Assembly (NCBI GenBank): GCA_963702565.1
Contig: CAVPDE010000023.1
Span: forward strand, 52,601-116,600
Reading direction: 5' to 3'
Length of the DNA: 64,000 nucleotides
From: an uncultured delta proteobacterium
GTDB lineage: Bacteria; Desulfobacterota; DSM-4660; Desulfatiglandales; HGW-15
Below are positions 37,079 through 46,808 of this stretch, piece by piece (positions within the stretch are counted from its first letter, which is position 1; each line of letters begins with the position of its first letter). The position numbers and the translations under genes were made by a program. The notes under the pieces are model-generated. The model saw only the letters and a program-made list of their open reading frames with translations. It had not been told where the DNA came from and did no database searches.

Positions 37079-37588
37079 CTACCCCACTGTAAACCGCCAA
37101 TTACAGAAGACTCCTTCCGGGTGCGGATCAGGAGGAGCAAAGAGACATTCCACCTTTATCTTAGCGTCTATTGCCCACGAGAAGTTTTCAAATTCCGTCC
37201 TTCGCATACCTTTGCAATGAAACTCTTCCAAACCTTGCCTCAGACGTGCCTTCTGCGTCGGGCAGGATTCGCCTGCGATCATAACCTCATGGGAGTTCCT
37301 GCTAATTCGCAGGCTAAGGATTGGACACCAGGGAAAAAGGCTTAGGGCTCTGAAGAGACTATCAAGACCGCCCCCCTGAATATGGAACCGCTTTGAGAGG
37401 CCGTTTGCGGCCATAGCCGAGACTTTCGCCCAAACGGCCTCGTTAATCTGCTCCGCGATTTCTTCACCGCATTTTTCGTTAACCTTTATGAACCAAAAGG
37501 AATCCACCAATCTATAGTGCCAGAGCAGAAAATCCAAATATTCTAATATCTCCTTCTTATCCATCCTTTCAAATAGACTTAAGTCCAT
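37079..37588 (-). CDS. Small conserved Cys-motif protein, paralogue of 1329-1850
   Basis: ATG 37588 preceded by GAGAGGA. Full-length similarity to 1329-1850, with four conserved Cys positions. Confidence 0.6.
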   Translation of the reverse strand: MDLSLFERMDKKEILEYLDFLLWHYRLVDSFWFIKVNEKCGEEIAEQINEAVWAKVSAMAANGLSKRFHIQGGGLDSLFRALSLFPWCPILSLRISRNSHEVMIAGESCPTQKARLRQGLEEFHCKGMRRTEFENFSWAIDAKIKVECLFAPPDPHPEGVFCNWRFTVG

Positions 37589-37663
37589 GCGTCCTCTCAA
37601 AATATGACGGCACGGATTTCTCTTTCGAGCAAGGATTTAGTGTCAGCCGATCATAAAGATAGA

Positions 37664-38446
37664 CTACCGACCGTGAAAATGGCTGTCCCTTCTTTCGTTA
37701 AATGCAGCGATCCCTTCCTTGGCATCCTCTGTCTCTTTTACCAGAAACACGATCCCCTTCAGGGCCTCGTCCAGACCGTTGGATATGGATTCACCATCGC
37801 ACTTCCTCAGGCATCGCTTGATTTCGGCAATCGCTTTGGTCGGCTTTGCTGCCAGTTCCGAGGCAAGTCTTCTGCTTTCGTTGGCGAGCGCTTTGCCGTC
37901 GAACATCTCATGGATCAATCCAATCCTCAATGCCTCCGGCGCGGTCAGCGCTTTCCCGAAGAGCAATAAATCCACTGCCTTGCTGGGTCCCACCAGCCGG
38001 CGCAGTCGCTGAATGCCCCCGCCAGCTGGCATCAAGCCGAGGTTTATTTCAGGCAAACCAATTTTGACTCCGCCCGTTGCCATGAAACGCAAGTCACAGC
38101 AAAGGGCCAGTTCACAGCCTCCACCCATGGCGTGACCCCCGATAACCGCGATGGTAGGTTGCTGAAGAGACTCGAATCCCGTGAATACCGTCTGGATTTT
38201 CCTCATGTATTCGCGAAGTGCGGCCTTTGACAAGGACAGAATCATTTTCAGATCCGCACCGGCCATAAACACATTTCTTAGCCTACTCTCCAAAATCACT
38301 GCCCTGGTGCTTGTGTCTTCCATCAGTTCAAGCACCGCTCTCTCTAGCCCTTCGAGCAGCTCCAAACTTAGAGAGTTGACGGGCGGTGAATTCATAACCA
38401 CCCTGGCGACGGCATCGGTCTTGATCAGGTTGACGAATTCAGGCAT
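37664..38446 (-). CDS. Enoyl-CoA hydratase/isomerase (crotonase) family protein
   Basis: FMAGADLK and VIGGHAMGGGCELALCCDLRF oxyanion-hole motifs. Start moved to ATG 38446. Confidence 0.85.
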   Translation of the reverse strand: MPEFVNLIKTDAVARVVMNSPPVNSLSLELLEGLERAVLELMEDTSTRAVILESRLRNVFMAGADLKMILSLSKAALREYMRKIQTVFTGFESLQQPTIAVIGGHAMGGGCELALCCDLRFMATGGVKIGLPEINLGLMPAGGGIQRLRRLVGPSKAVDLLLFGKALTAPEALRIGLIHEMFDGKALANESRRLASELAAKPTKAIAEIKRCLRKCDGESISNGLDEALKGIVFLVKETEDAKEGIAAFNERRDSHFHGR

Positions 38447-38471
38447 TATTCTTGACCCCGCACCGAGTGAT

Positions 38472-39659
38472 TTATTCGGACCTTTCGGCGACAAACTCAA
38501 TCAGGCTCCTTACCTCGATCCCGACCTTGCTCTTTCTATTAGCCGCAGAAAGATTCTCGACACAGCGAACGCATGGTGTGAGCATGATATCCGCTACCCC
38601 CTTGGCCTCCTCGCATCGCTTTCTTGAGTGATACTCGGTGAATTCCGGAGTAAGCGTCGAGGTCACGCTATTCCCACCACCACAGCAGGCGGACCACCGC
38701 CGGACATAGGTCATTTCCCTAAACTCAGCCCCAGGTATAGCATTTATCACCCTGCGCGTTTCTCCGTATAAATCATGGTGCCGCCCGATATGCTGTTTAC
38801 CGAAATGACATGGGTCATGCAGCGTGACGCGGGTCTTACCTAGATCTTTCATATGAATCTTACCCGAATCCATGAGGTCTGAAAGCAATTCCACAGCATG
38901 AACCACTTTGAAAGGCAGTTCCCCTCCTAAGATTGCCGGATAGTCGGTATAAAAGGTTCGATAGCAGTTGGCGCATGAAACTACCAGAGTTTTGGCCCCT
39001 GACTGCTCAATTGCCTTCACGTTGCGGGCGGCCAGGGTTTTCTCCAATTCGATATCTCCCGAAAATCCCGCGTGCAACCCGCAGCACCACTCTTCTCTGC
39101 CCAGGTAGGCCGGATTGACACCTCCTTTGCGCATCAGTTCCACCAGTCCGACCGCTGTGTTAGGCTGTCTGAAAGATGCGTAGCAGCCAGCGAAATAGAG
39201 GACCTCCCCTTCTTTTGGTAGGTTCATGTCCTTTGACCATTTCGCCCTATTTTCATTCGAAGCCCCAAAAAGGTTCTGCTGGTCACGCATCTTAGTGTTC
39301 AATTCAATGCACTTTTTCGGGGCGAATCCTTCCCTGAACAGTTCCGCCTTCATAGCCCGACTGATGTACATGTGCGGAATGGGAGGACAGATCGTATCGC
39401 AGCACCCACAGTCCGGGCACGCGTAGAAAATGTCTGCGAGTTCCTTGTTCAGCTTCATTTTTCCATGGATTACCTCTCGAGCATAGAAAGCCTTGGCCCT
39501 AGCCGAATTGGAGAAAAAATTGTAATAGTCCACGGTCGGGCAGGTCCATATGTCAACTGTTTCATGGCCGTCTTTGAACGGCACATAGGGTCCTCGACCG
39601 AAACACTGTGAATCACCTACACATCGATAAACGGAGTCTTTTATATCCACCAATTTCAT
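38472..39659 (-). CDS. (Fe-S)-binding protein with two CCG domains (HdrD/GlcF-like)
   Basis: Ferredoxin-type CPDCGCCDTICP, plus cysteine-rich CCG motifs (EWCCG, HDPCH, ACCGGG). ATGA overlap with the upstream FAD oxidase gene. Confidence 0.8.
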   Translation of the reverse strand: MKLVDIKDSVYRCVGDSQCFGRGPYVPFKDGHETVDIWTCPTVDYYNFFSNSARAKAFYAREVIHGKMKLNKELADIFYACPDCGCCDTICPPIPHMYISRAMKAELFREGFAPKKCIELNTKMRDQQNLFGASNENRAKWSKDMNLPKEGEVLYFAGCYASFRQPNTAVGLVELMRKGGVNPAYLGREEWCCGLHAGFSGDIELEKTLAARNVKAIEQSGAKTLVVSCANCYRTFYTDYPAILGGELPFKVVHAVELLSDLMDSGKIHMKDLGKTRVTLHDPCHFGKQHIGRHHDLYGETRRVINAIPGAEFREMTYVRRWSACCGGGNSVTSTLTPEFTEYHSRKRCEEAKGVADIMLTPCVRCVENLSAANRKSKVGIEVRSLIEFVAERSE

Positions 39660-41083
39660 GACAACCCTCCATATGTCCGCGATGGGTTCATAATCATATT
39701 CGGATCCAAGAATTTCTTAATTTTTCGCGTCAGATCCCACTGACTTCCGAGCACTTCAAAATTCTGGTTCGGAAAGGAATCGCCGAGGTCGTATTGTACG
39801 CAACCGATGGCGCACAACTCTATGTTGAGTTCATCCCACCACACCTTTAATCTTTTCACTTCCTCCTCGTCTGTGGGATTGCCGCCCGCCAGTAGGGGAT
39901 AGGGATTGCAAGTGTTGCGCCCATGAAAGGAGAACCAGGCCGGGCAGTGCTGGGCGTCCCAGAAGTCGTGCTTTCGCGTCACGTTTTCCCAAATGTCATA
40001 AACTTCCGGAAATTTCTTTACAGCACACCAGAAATAGGTTGCTTCAATACGCTGCATCCACTTGGAAACACTCAGCCAGATACGGTAATGGGGCGGTCCC
40101 ATGGTAAGGGTTCCAAGGTTTCCCAGGTCTACCGCCTTGTTCCGTTCCGCGATTTCCACCATACGCTTTCTTTCCAAATCCAGTTCGATATCGCTTTGCC
40201 CGTCCACACTCACCATGGCGATGAAATGGATGTCTTCGGGCAGCGCCACGGTTCCCTGCACCTCCGCTGCATGGTAATTCCAGCGATTGATGAGGAAGAA
40301 GTCATAGACGAATTTTCTTTGCATCCAGTACATCGCCTCAGTCAGTTCTGAAGCGTGCTCCCTCTTCCAACCGTAACAGAGTATGGCCTCCTTTTCCGGC
40401 GCGGGCTTTACCCGAACCGCCACCTTGGTGATGATCCCCAAAGCTCCGCCAGCATTGACGAAAAGGCCCATAAGGTCAGGCCCTCCCACGTACCTCTGAT
40501 AGTGGCCCCATCCCTTTTCCATGGCCCCTGGCCCAAAGGTGATTAGTTCACCGGTGGGCATGACCACTTCAAGACCCACGATGTTATCGCCCATGGAGCC
40601 GTATCGGGTCATATAGTTGCCTGTAATATTGCAAGAAACGCCCGATCCGATCTGGGGTCCCGGCGTATACAAGGGCATGAAGGGAAAGCGCAGTCCCCGC
40701 TTGTCCAGTTCACGCATGATCCAGTACACAGAGCATCCGGCGTCAGCAACGACCACCATATTGTCCTCATCGATCTCGATGCTCTTGTTCATGCGAGACA
40801 TCTCCACTACGATACCCCCTTTATGGGCTACGTTCATGCCACAGCTGTTGGTCCTCGCGCCCTGGGGAACGATCGGAATCTTATACCTGTTCGCCAGCTT
40901 GACGACTTCCGATACCTCTAAGGCGCTGCCGGGCATCACGACCGCATCAGCCGGCTTCATCCCGATGATATCCGCGCCGGTTCCTTGCACAAACGCATAG
41001 GCCTTCAAGTCAGTCTCCGACGTGGTTACATGCCTGCCGCCGACAATGGACTCTAGTTCTCGAACAATTTCGCCATTGATCAT
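39656..41083 (-). CDS. FAD-linked oxidase (GlcD/D-lactate dehydrogenase-like)
   Basis: FAD_binding_4-type N-terminal half (VVMPGSALEVSEVVKLANRYKIPIVPQGARTN) with an FAD-oxidase C-terminal half. Confidence 0.85.
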   Translation of the reverse strand: MINGEIVRELESIVGGRHVTTSETDLKAYAFVQGTGADIIGMKPADAVVMPGSALEVSEVVKLANRYKIPIVPQGARTNSCGMNVAHKGGIVVEMSRMNKSIEIDEDNMVVVADAGCSVYWIMRELDKRGLRFPFMPLYTPGPQIGSGVSCNITGNYMTRYGSMGDNIVGLEVVMPTGELITFGPGAMEKGWGHYQRYVGGPDLMGLFVNAGGALGIITKVAVRVKPAPEKEAILCYGWKREHASELTEAMYWMQRKFVYDFFLINRWNYHAAEVQGTVALPEDIHFIAMVSVDGQSDIELDLERKRMVEIAERNKAVDLGNLGTLTMGPPHYRIWLSVSKWMQRIEATYFWCAVKKFPEVYDIWENVTRKHDFWDAQHCPAWFSFHGRNTCNPYPLLAGGNPTDEEEVKRLKVWWDELNIELCAIGCVQYDLGDSFPNQNFEVLGSQWDLTRKIKKFLDPNMIMNPSRTYGGLS

Positions 41084-41219
41084 CGCACCCTCCTCTTTGA
41101 AAATATGAATTTGCCTTTCACGGCTTTTGTATGGACGATTGCTTTCAACTCCCGAACCCTTCTAGACATGACTCTTGCTTCTTCCTTCACACGCTTAAGG
41201 GTTCTGCCGGACACCTCAC

Positions 41220-42386
41220 TCAAGTCTTCAGTATGTTCACCGTGGCTACGCACGGCTCTCCCTGCATGAAACCGCCATTACAGTGGGTTAAGCCCACTTT
41301 CGCATTCAACACCTGCCGGGTGCCCGCCTGCCCACGCAGGTGCCTAGTGATCTCCACTAACTGGGCAACGCCAGTGGCCCCTACGGGATGACCTTTAGCT
41401 AGGAGACCGCCACTGACATTGATGGGAATATGGCCTCCGATCCGCGTGGCGCCCTCCCTGATAAGTTTGGGGCCTTCCCCTTTCTTGCAAAATCCAAGAT
41501 CCTCGTAATGGAGCAGTTCTGCAATGGAGAAGCAGTCATGCACTTCAGCCAGATCTATATCTTCCGGCCCGATGCCCGCTTTTTCATATGCCTCTCTCCC
41601 GGCTCTGACATTCACCGGCAAAGTGCTGAGGTCATTGGTTTGCCGGTACTCTGCAGAAGTCAGGACGCTCGCGGCAACCAAGACAGGCTTGGACGTATAT
41701 TTGGACGCTTCGGAGGCCGGACAGAGGACTACTGCAGCCGCGCCGTCACTGAAAGGACAGCAGTCTAGCAGGTGCAGGGGATCCGCGATCATCTTGGAGT
41801 TGAGAACATCTTCTACCGAATATTTCTCTTTGTATTGGGCGTTCGGGTTCAGAAGTCCGTTGTCATGGTTTTTTACGGATATGGCTGCTAAGTCTTCAAC
41901 CTTGGTGCCATAGGCCTCAATGTGTTTTTGAGCCAGAAGGGCAAAAGCTGCAGGAAAATTCATTCCATTTCCCGATTCCATTTCCACATCAGAGGCGCTA
42001 GCCATGGCTCGGACTGCCTGGGCGGTTGGAAGACCAGTTAGTTTTTCCGCCCCCACGACGAGCACGAGATCATAGTAGCCGCTTGCCACATTAATACAGG
42101 CCTCCGTAAAGGCGGAAGACCCGCTGGAACAAGCGTTTTCCATTGTAACGATCGGAATACCGGATATACCGGCAGTTCTCATGATGACATGTCCCAGAAT
42201 CATCTCCTGGCCCGTGAAGGCACCGGAAAGGGCATTTCCACAATAGGCCTTCTGGATCCTTTCGGGCTTTGCACTGCAATCCCTCAATGCCTGCCAGATC
42301 GCATCAGCGCCTAACTGTCGAATGCTCACATCGGGGAACTTACCGAAGCTGGTCATCCCTACACCACAAATCGCAACTTGCCTCAT
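41220..42386 (-). CDS. Thiolase-fold protein of the SCP-x/archaeal type (partner of DUF35)
   Basis: VAICGVGMTSFGKF N-terminus, active-site Cys context MENACSSGS, C-terminal HCNGG. Start moved to ATG 42386. Confidence 0.85.
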   Translation of the reverse strand: MRQVAICGVGMTSFGKFPDVSIRQLGADAIWQALRDCSAKPERIQKAYCGNALSGAFTGQEMILGHVIMRTAGISGIPIVTMENACSSGSSAFTEACINVASGYYDLVLVVGAEKLTGLPTAQAVRAMASASDVEMESGNGMNFPAAFALLAQKHIEAYGTKVEDLAAISVKNHDNGLLNPNAQYKEKYSVEDVLNSKMIADPLHLLDCCPFSDGAAAVVLCPASEASKYTSKPVLVAASVLTSAEYRQTNDLSTLPVNVRAGREAYEKAGIGPEDIDLAEVHDCFSIAELLHYEDLGFCKKGEGPKLIREGATRIGGHIPINVSGGLLAKGHPVGATGVAQLVEITRHLRGQAGTRQVLNAKVGLTHCNGGFMQGEPCVATVNILKT

Positions 42387-42474
42387 GACTTCACCACCCT
42401 GTTCTTCTAAGGTTTGCAGGAGAGTTCGGTTCAATATGCATCTCTATAAACAAAGAATCCCCACAACTCTCCCC

Positions 42475-42885
42475 TCACTCTCCTAGTGGCCGGTAAGCAA
42501 AACCTAGGGCACTGTTACCCTGCTTGTCCACTTTCGAACTGGTCACCACCAGTTCCATCTCCATCCCGTTCTTGAGGCTACTGCTCTGCCACTCAGTGAT
42601 GTAAGCGAAGAGGCGGAACCCTTCCTCCACATCGATGTACCCTATAACATAGGGGGCCTCGAAATCGGGCATAGGCACTCGGACAATGGTATGAGAATAC
42701 AGCCTGCCCTTTTTGCCAAAAAAGACTTCCCGCAATCGAGTGCTAAGGCAGCTTGTGCAGGTGGGTGTGGGGGGAAAAATGAGCTTCCCGCAATCAAGAC
42801 ATTTGTGCCCGATTAAGGCAGGAGGATCCTTCCTCACCAAGGACCAATCCTCTAAGTTTTTCCGCACAAGGTTCAAATGTTCCAT
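42475..42885 (-). CDS. Zn-ribbon OB-fold protein (DUF35)
   Basis: CLDCGKLIFPPTPTCTSC rubredoxin-like ribbon followed by an OB-fold region. Canonical position upstream of the thiolase. Confidence 0.8.
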   Translation of the reverse strand: MEHLNLVRKNLEDWSLVRKDPPALIGHKCLDCGKLIFPPTPTCTSCLSTRLREVFFGKKGRLYSHTIVRVPMPDFEAPYVIGYIDVEEGFRLFAYITEWQSSSLKNGMEMELVVTSSKVDKQGNSALGFAYRPLGE

Positions 42886-42903
42886 TCTCTTGCCCCCTCG
42901 CGC

Positions 42904-44211
42904 CTATTCCACTTTTCTGTGGTCTAGTATCTTCGGTGCGTCGGCGGCGATCTCTCCCGGCTTTGACCAGGCAATTTCCGGCAATATGCCCAGGGCGATC
43001 TTAAACCGACCTACCAGGTTCTTCCTAAACTCGTCATTTTGCTCTATCTCCGGGCATTCAATTCTTATTGTCAAACGATCCGCCTTATTCGGTCTGTCGA
43101 TGACAAGCTGGTATCGGCCAAAGTCCTTGTAGGAGTTCAGAACTAGCTCCACTCTTCGCGGGGGGATGAACATGCCTTTGACCCGAGGAATATCGCCCAC
43201 TCTCCCAAGGATTCGCTTCATCTTGGGGCTTTTCCTGCCGCAGGGACATTCCGCATAGCTGATACCTTCCGTTATGTCACCCGTTCGATAATTCAATATC
43301 GGCATCGCCTTGCGATGGAGGTCGCTCGTGACGATTTCTCCCGACTCTCCGTCTTTAACCTGAAGGCCAGTATTGGGATCTATTACGCTGACCAGGGTAT
43401 CGCTATAGAGATGCACCCCCCCGCCGTATGGGCATTCCGCACCGACAAAGCCCATCTCGTTTCCGACGTACATTTCCCGGACCTCTGCGCCGAAAAGCTC
43501 CCCAATTCGCTTCTTGTCGTCATCTGTCCTGATTTCCCCGACGATGATGATCAAGCGCAGACACATGTCTCTGACCGGGTCCACACCCATTTTTATTGCG
43601 GTTTCACACAGGTGGATTGCGTAGGTAGGAAAGGCGGAGAGAACGGTTGCCCTAGTCAGTTTCATCAGTTCAACATGAGTCTCACTCATCCCGGCGCCCC
43701 CGGGTAGCACCGCGCAACCGATCCTTCTATATGCGTCATCATGCTGAGTGCCGGCTCCCACCCAGTTGTAATTGAACGATACATCGACAACGTCCCCGCT
43801 TCTCGCCCCCGCGAGATACAGCCCCATGGCAGCTCTTTCAATATATGACTTCAGGTCGGATCGGCTTAGGATGATCAACAAGGGGCCTGGAGAGTGATAC
43901 AACCTTACGATCTCATGGGCCGGGACCGACAGGAGGTCTCCATAAGGCGGCTTTCTTGCCTGCTCATCCATTAGTATCGTCTTGCTGATGAATGGAGCCT
44001 TTTTCAGGAAATCCTCAGGCGTTCTGATCCCCTCGGGCTCAAATCCTGCGTCTTTGAACCGCTTGCGATAAAAAAGATTCTCCCTGCTCACGTATTTTAG
44101 GATGCTCTTCAGCCGGGACAGCTGGATTTCTCTTTGTTCTTCGATAGAGAGACTCTCCCACTTCAGGTCCCAGAATTCCGCTTCAGGAGGCATGATTTTC
44201 TCGGTTGCCAT
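42904..44211 (-). CDS. Phenylacetate-CoA ligase-like (PaaK / F390 synthetase family) adenylate-forming enzyme
   Basis: N-terminal LSRLKSILKYV..N.FYRKRFKDAGF..E.I.T.EDF.K.PF..K pattern and ~435-aa length are typical of PaaK-type ligases. Confidence 0.8.
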   Translation of the reverse strand: MATEKIMPPEAEFWDLKWESLSIEEQREIQLSRLKSILKYVSRENLFYRKRFKDAGFEPEGIRTPEDFLKKAPFISKTILMDEQARKPPYGDLLSVPAHEIVRLYHSPGPLLIILSRSDLKSYIERAAMGLYLAGARSGDVVDVSFNYNWVGAGTQHDDAYRRIGCAVLPGGAGMSETHVELMKLTRATVLSAFPTYAIHLCETAIKMGVDPVRDMCLRLIIIVGEIRTDDDKKRIGELFGAEVREMYVGNEMGFVGAECPYGGGVHLYSDTLVSVIDPNTGLQVKDGESGEIVTSDLHRKAMPILNYRTGDITEGISYAECPCGRKSPKMKRILGRVGDIPRVKGMFIPPRRVELVLNSYKDFGRYQLVIDRPNKADRLTIRIECPEIEQNDEFRKNLVGRFKIALGILPEIAWSKPGEIAADAPKILDHRKVE

Positions 44212-44275
44212 CTCTCTTCCTCGCGTGTCTTGTAAGTACTAATGCAAACGCATTTATTCATTTGCCATTCAGCCC

Positions 44276-44322
44276 CCTCACCCTTCCCCTATCCCTCAGC
44301 TTGGGAGGAGGGCGGGGTGAGG
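44276..44322. repeat. GC-rich intercistronic hairpin
   Basis: 'cctcaccc' (44276-44283) pairs with 'gggtgagg' (44315-44322). Lies between the binding-protein gene and the PaaK-like gene. Confidence 0.4.
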
Positions 44323-44421
44323 AGGTGGCGTCCAGCGTAAAAGGATTTATTACGTTTATATTGATCCCCCCATAGGGCACCTGTGAAGGCGCGGCTCCTA
44401 TGGGTGGGATTCTTAAATGGT

Positions 44422-45636
44422 TTACTGACCCAAGACCTTTTTCGCTATCGGCTGGGGCGATTCAATCCAGTCTGAGGCCGACACGAGATCTTCCAGCCCC
44501 AAATCTGACTTGCAGATTATGCCCCCCAGTGACATCACTCTTCTTTGAGGGCTCAGCGTAATCGGCGGGACGACTCCTTGTGTGTCCCAGTTCTTGAATG
44601 TATCCCACGCGTCCACGAACTTTTCCACGGTAAGATTCTTGCCCGCCCGCTCAAGTGCTTCCACAATGAAAAGAGCCGGATACCAACCCAGGATGTAGTA
44701 ATAGCTCTTTGCCTCGAGGTCCTCGGGCTGCGCATACTTTTTCGAGATCTCAATCATCTTCTGAATCCCGGGGCTCTTTGCGTCACTCCACCTCCCCTGC
44801 GAGTCCACTGAGTAGTACCTTGTTGCCGCGTCTTTGGCCTGCTCCACAATTTTTCGGTCAGAGGCAGGAGACAACACCCCGTATGTGTCACACTGTAAAC
44901 CCTGGCTCTTCATTTCCAGCAAAAGACTGGATACATCCCCGGAATGGGCACCCACCAGAAGGTATTCGACTCCTTCGCGTTTGAATTTCGTCACCGCGGA
45001 CTTGTCGATGGGTGATCCGGTGATGTTCGGCGCTTCTGCCGCCAGTTTCAGACCATAGTGCTCCATGGCCATTTCCACGCCTTTTTTCCCAGACCTTCCA
45101 AAGTCATCATTGTTGAAAAAGAGGCCGATCTTCGCTTGTTTTTTACCTAGCTTTTCCACAAGGTACGTCACCACTGCGGCAGCCTGCAGTTCATAGGGTG
45201 TAATCATTGCAGTAACATACCTGCTCGGAGGGTTGAACAACGATGTGCCGCCGCTCACACAAAGCATAGGAATCTTTTCCTCGTTGGCAGGTTCTTTCAA
45301 AATCGTGACCGGCGGGGTCCCCCAGGCGATGACCGCCATGACTTTATCTCTGGTGGCAAGCTTCTTAAATTCCGCAAGGGACCTACTCGGTTCATATTGA
45401 TGATCGGCCACCACAAGCTCGATTTTTCTCCCGTGAACACCACCCTTCGTCTCGTTAATGTATTTGAAATAGGCCTGAAGAGCGTCCACAGATGCCTTTC
45501 CGGCGTGAGCAAGTAAACGGCTCAGGGGCGCTACGATTCCAATCTTGACTGTAGTATCGCTTATCCCCTGTGTCGAATCCGCCATAGCCATACCCGGCAA
45601 ACCCAGAATAACCGCCAGTGCAAGAATCCGAATCAT
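44422..45636 (-). CDS. ABC transporter substrate-binding protein (LivJ/K, type-I PBP fold)
   Basis: Signal peptide MIRILALAVILGLPGMAMA, then Leu/Ile/Val-binding-protein-like sequence. Start moved to ATG 45636. Confidence 0.85.
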   Translation of the reverse strand: MIRILALAVILGLPGMAMADSTQGISDTTVKIGIVAPLSRLLAHAGKASVDALQAYFKYINETKGGVHGRKIELVVADHQYEPSRSLAEFKKLATRDKVMAVIAWGTPPVTILKEPANEEKIPMLCVSGGTSLFNPPSRYVTAMITPYELQAAAVVTYLVEKLGKKQAKIGLFFNNDDFGRSGKKGVEMAMEHYGLKLAAEAPNITGSPIDKSAVTKFKREGVEYLLVGAHSGDVSSLLLEMKSQGLQCDTYGVLSPASDRKIVEQAKDAATRYYSVDSQGRWSDAKSPGIQKMIEISKKYAQPEDLEAKSYYYILGWYPALFIVEALERAGKNLTVEKFVDAWDTFKNWDTQGVVPPITLSPQRRVMSLGGIICKSDLGLEDLVSASDWIESPQPIAKKVLGQ

Positions 45637-45730
45637 TCCATTCTTCCCTTCATTGCTTGAATCAGTGTCATGGTTGCGCCTCCTGTTCCACAAAAAGGTT
45701 AAAAGAACAAAATGTCTTGAACCCCAAGAC

Positions 45731-46801
45731 CTAATAAGTGAAGGGCCAGTTTGTGAAATAGACCTTGACCCTCCGCCACCTTCCAGCCAAACCATCAGGT
45801 TCCCATATCAGGAACACCACGATGATGATGCCGTACACGAAAGTTTTCATGTCACCGAATCGCGTCGAAATGAGGGGATAATAGACGCTCAACATGTCCG
45901 TCACTGCATTCAAGAGGAAAGGAAGCAATGTGATCGCGATGGAACCTAGAATGCTGCCTACCACGCTTCCCAAGCCGCCAACGATGACCATGGAGATATA
46001 GGATATCGACAGAAGAAGTGTGAAATCATAAGGCGCAACCCTGCCCAGGCATCCTGCCATTAAGGCCCCCGCGATGCCTGCATAAACGGAGCTAATGAAA
46101 AAGGATAGTAGCTTATACTTGGTCAGGGATATGCCTATGGCCTCCGCAGCCAGATCCCGATCCCTGATTGCGCAAAGGGCCCTACCGATCTTGGACCGGC
46201 CAAGGTTTGCAGCCACAAAGACCATGGAGAGACAGAAAGCAAGCTCGAAGTAATAGAATTTCCACTCCATCCTCAAGCTGTAACCCAGTAAGGAAGGCTT
46301 CGGAATCGTCAGACCTTGGTAGCCCCCTGTAAGTCCCTCCCAGTTCATGATCGTCTGCTCGACAATGAAATGGAAAGCCAGGGTGGCCATCGCCAGATAA
46401 AGTCCCTTCATCCTCAACGCGGGCATCCCGATGATCACGCCCATGACACCGCTCACGAACCCAGCGCCGAGAACGGCCATTAGGATGGGCAACTGGAGCT
46501 TCCCGTACATCAGCGCGTACGCGTACGCCCCGATCGCTACGAAGGCTCCATGCCCGAGAGAAATTTGCCCCGTGTACCCCGTCAGGATATTCAGTCCCAG
46601 GCTTGCTATGATGGAAATCATCACAAGATTCGCGATATAGACGGAGTATCGATCCGAGATGGCAGGGTATAGCACTACAAAACAGAGGAGGGCGAAGAGC
46701 CAGAACCGTTTGAAGAGGGTTCTGAACACAATGAGCTCCTCACTGTATTCACGGCTAAAGTATCGCGTTCTCACGCGGGGTAAAAGGATTCTGCTTTTCA
46801 A
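45731..46801 (-). CDS. livM: Branched-chain-amino-acid-type ABC permease
   Basis: ~350-aa polytopic LivM-like protein. TTG start at 46801 (start uncertain). Confidence 0.8.
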   Translation of the reverse strand: MKSRILLPRVRTRYFSREYSEELIVFRTLFKRFWLFALLCFVVLYPAISDRYSVYIANLVMISIIASLGLNILTGYTGQISLGHGAFVAIGAYAYALMYGKLQLPILMAVLGAGFVSGVMGVIIGMPALRMKGLYLAMATLAFHFIVEQTIMNWEGLTGGYQGLTIPKPSLLGYSLRMEWKFYYFELAFCLSMVFVAANLGRSKIGRALCAIRDRDLAAEAIGISLTKYKLLSFFISSVYAGIAGALMAGCLGRVAPYDFTLLLSISYISMVIVGGLGSVVGSILGSIAITLLPFLLNAVTDMLSVYYPLISTRFGDMKTFVYGIIIVVFLIWEPDGLAGRWRRVKVYFTNWPFTY

Positions 46802-46808
46802 CTTGGCT

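Noticed and set aside
41080-41169. 29-codon basic upstream ORF (MSRRVRELKAIVHTKAVKGKFIFSKRRVR) ending in an ATGA overlap with the FAD-oxidase start
   Set aside because: It is short and unconserved as far as I can tell. Its 3' end is simply the AGGAGG ribosome-binding site of the downstream gene, so it is probably fortuitous.
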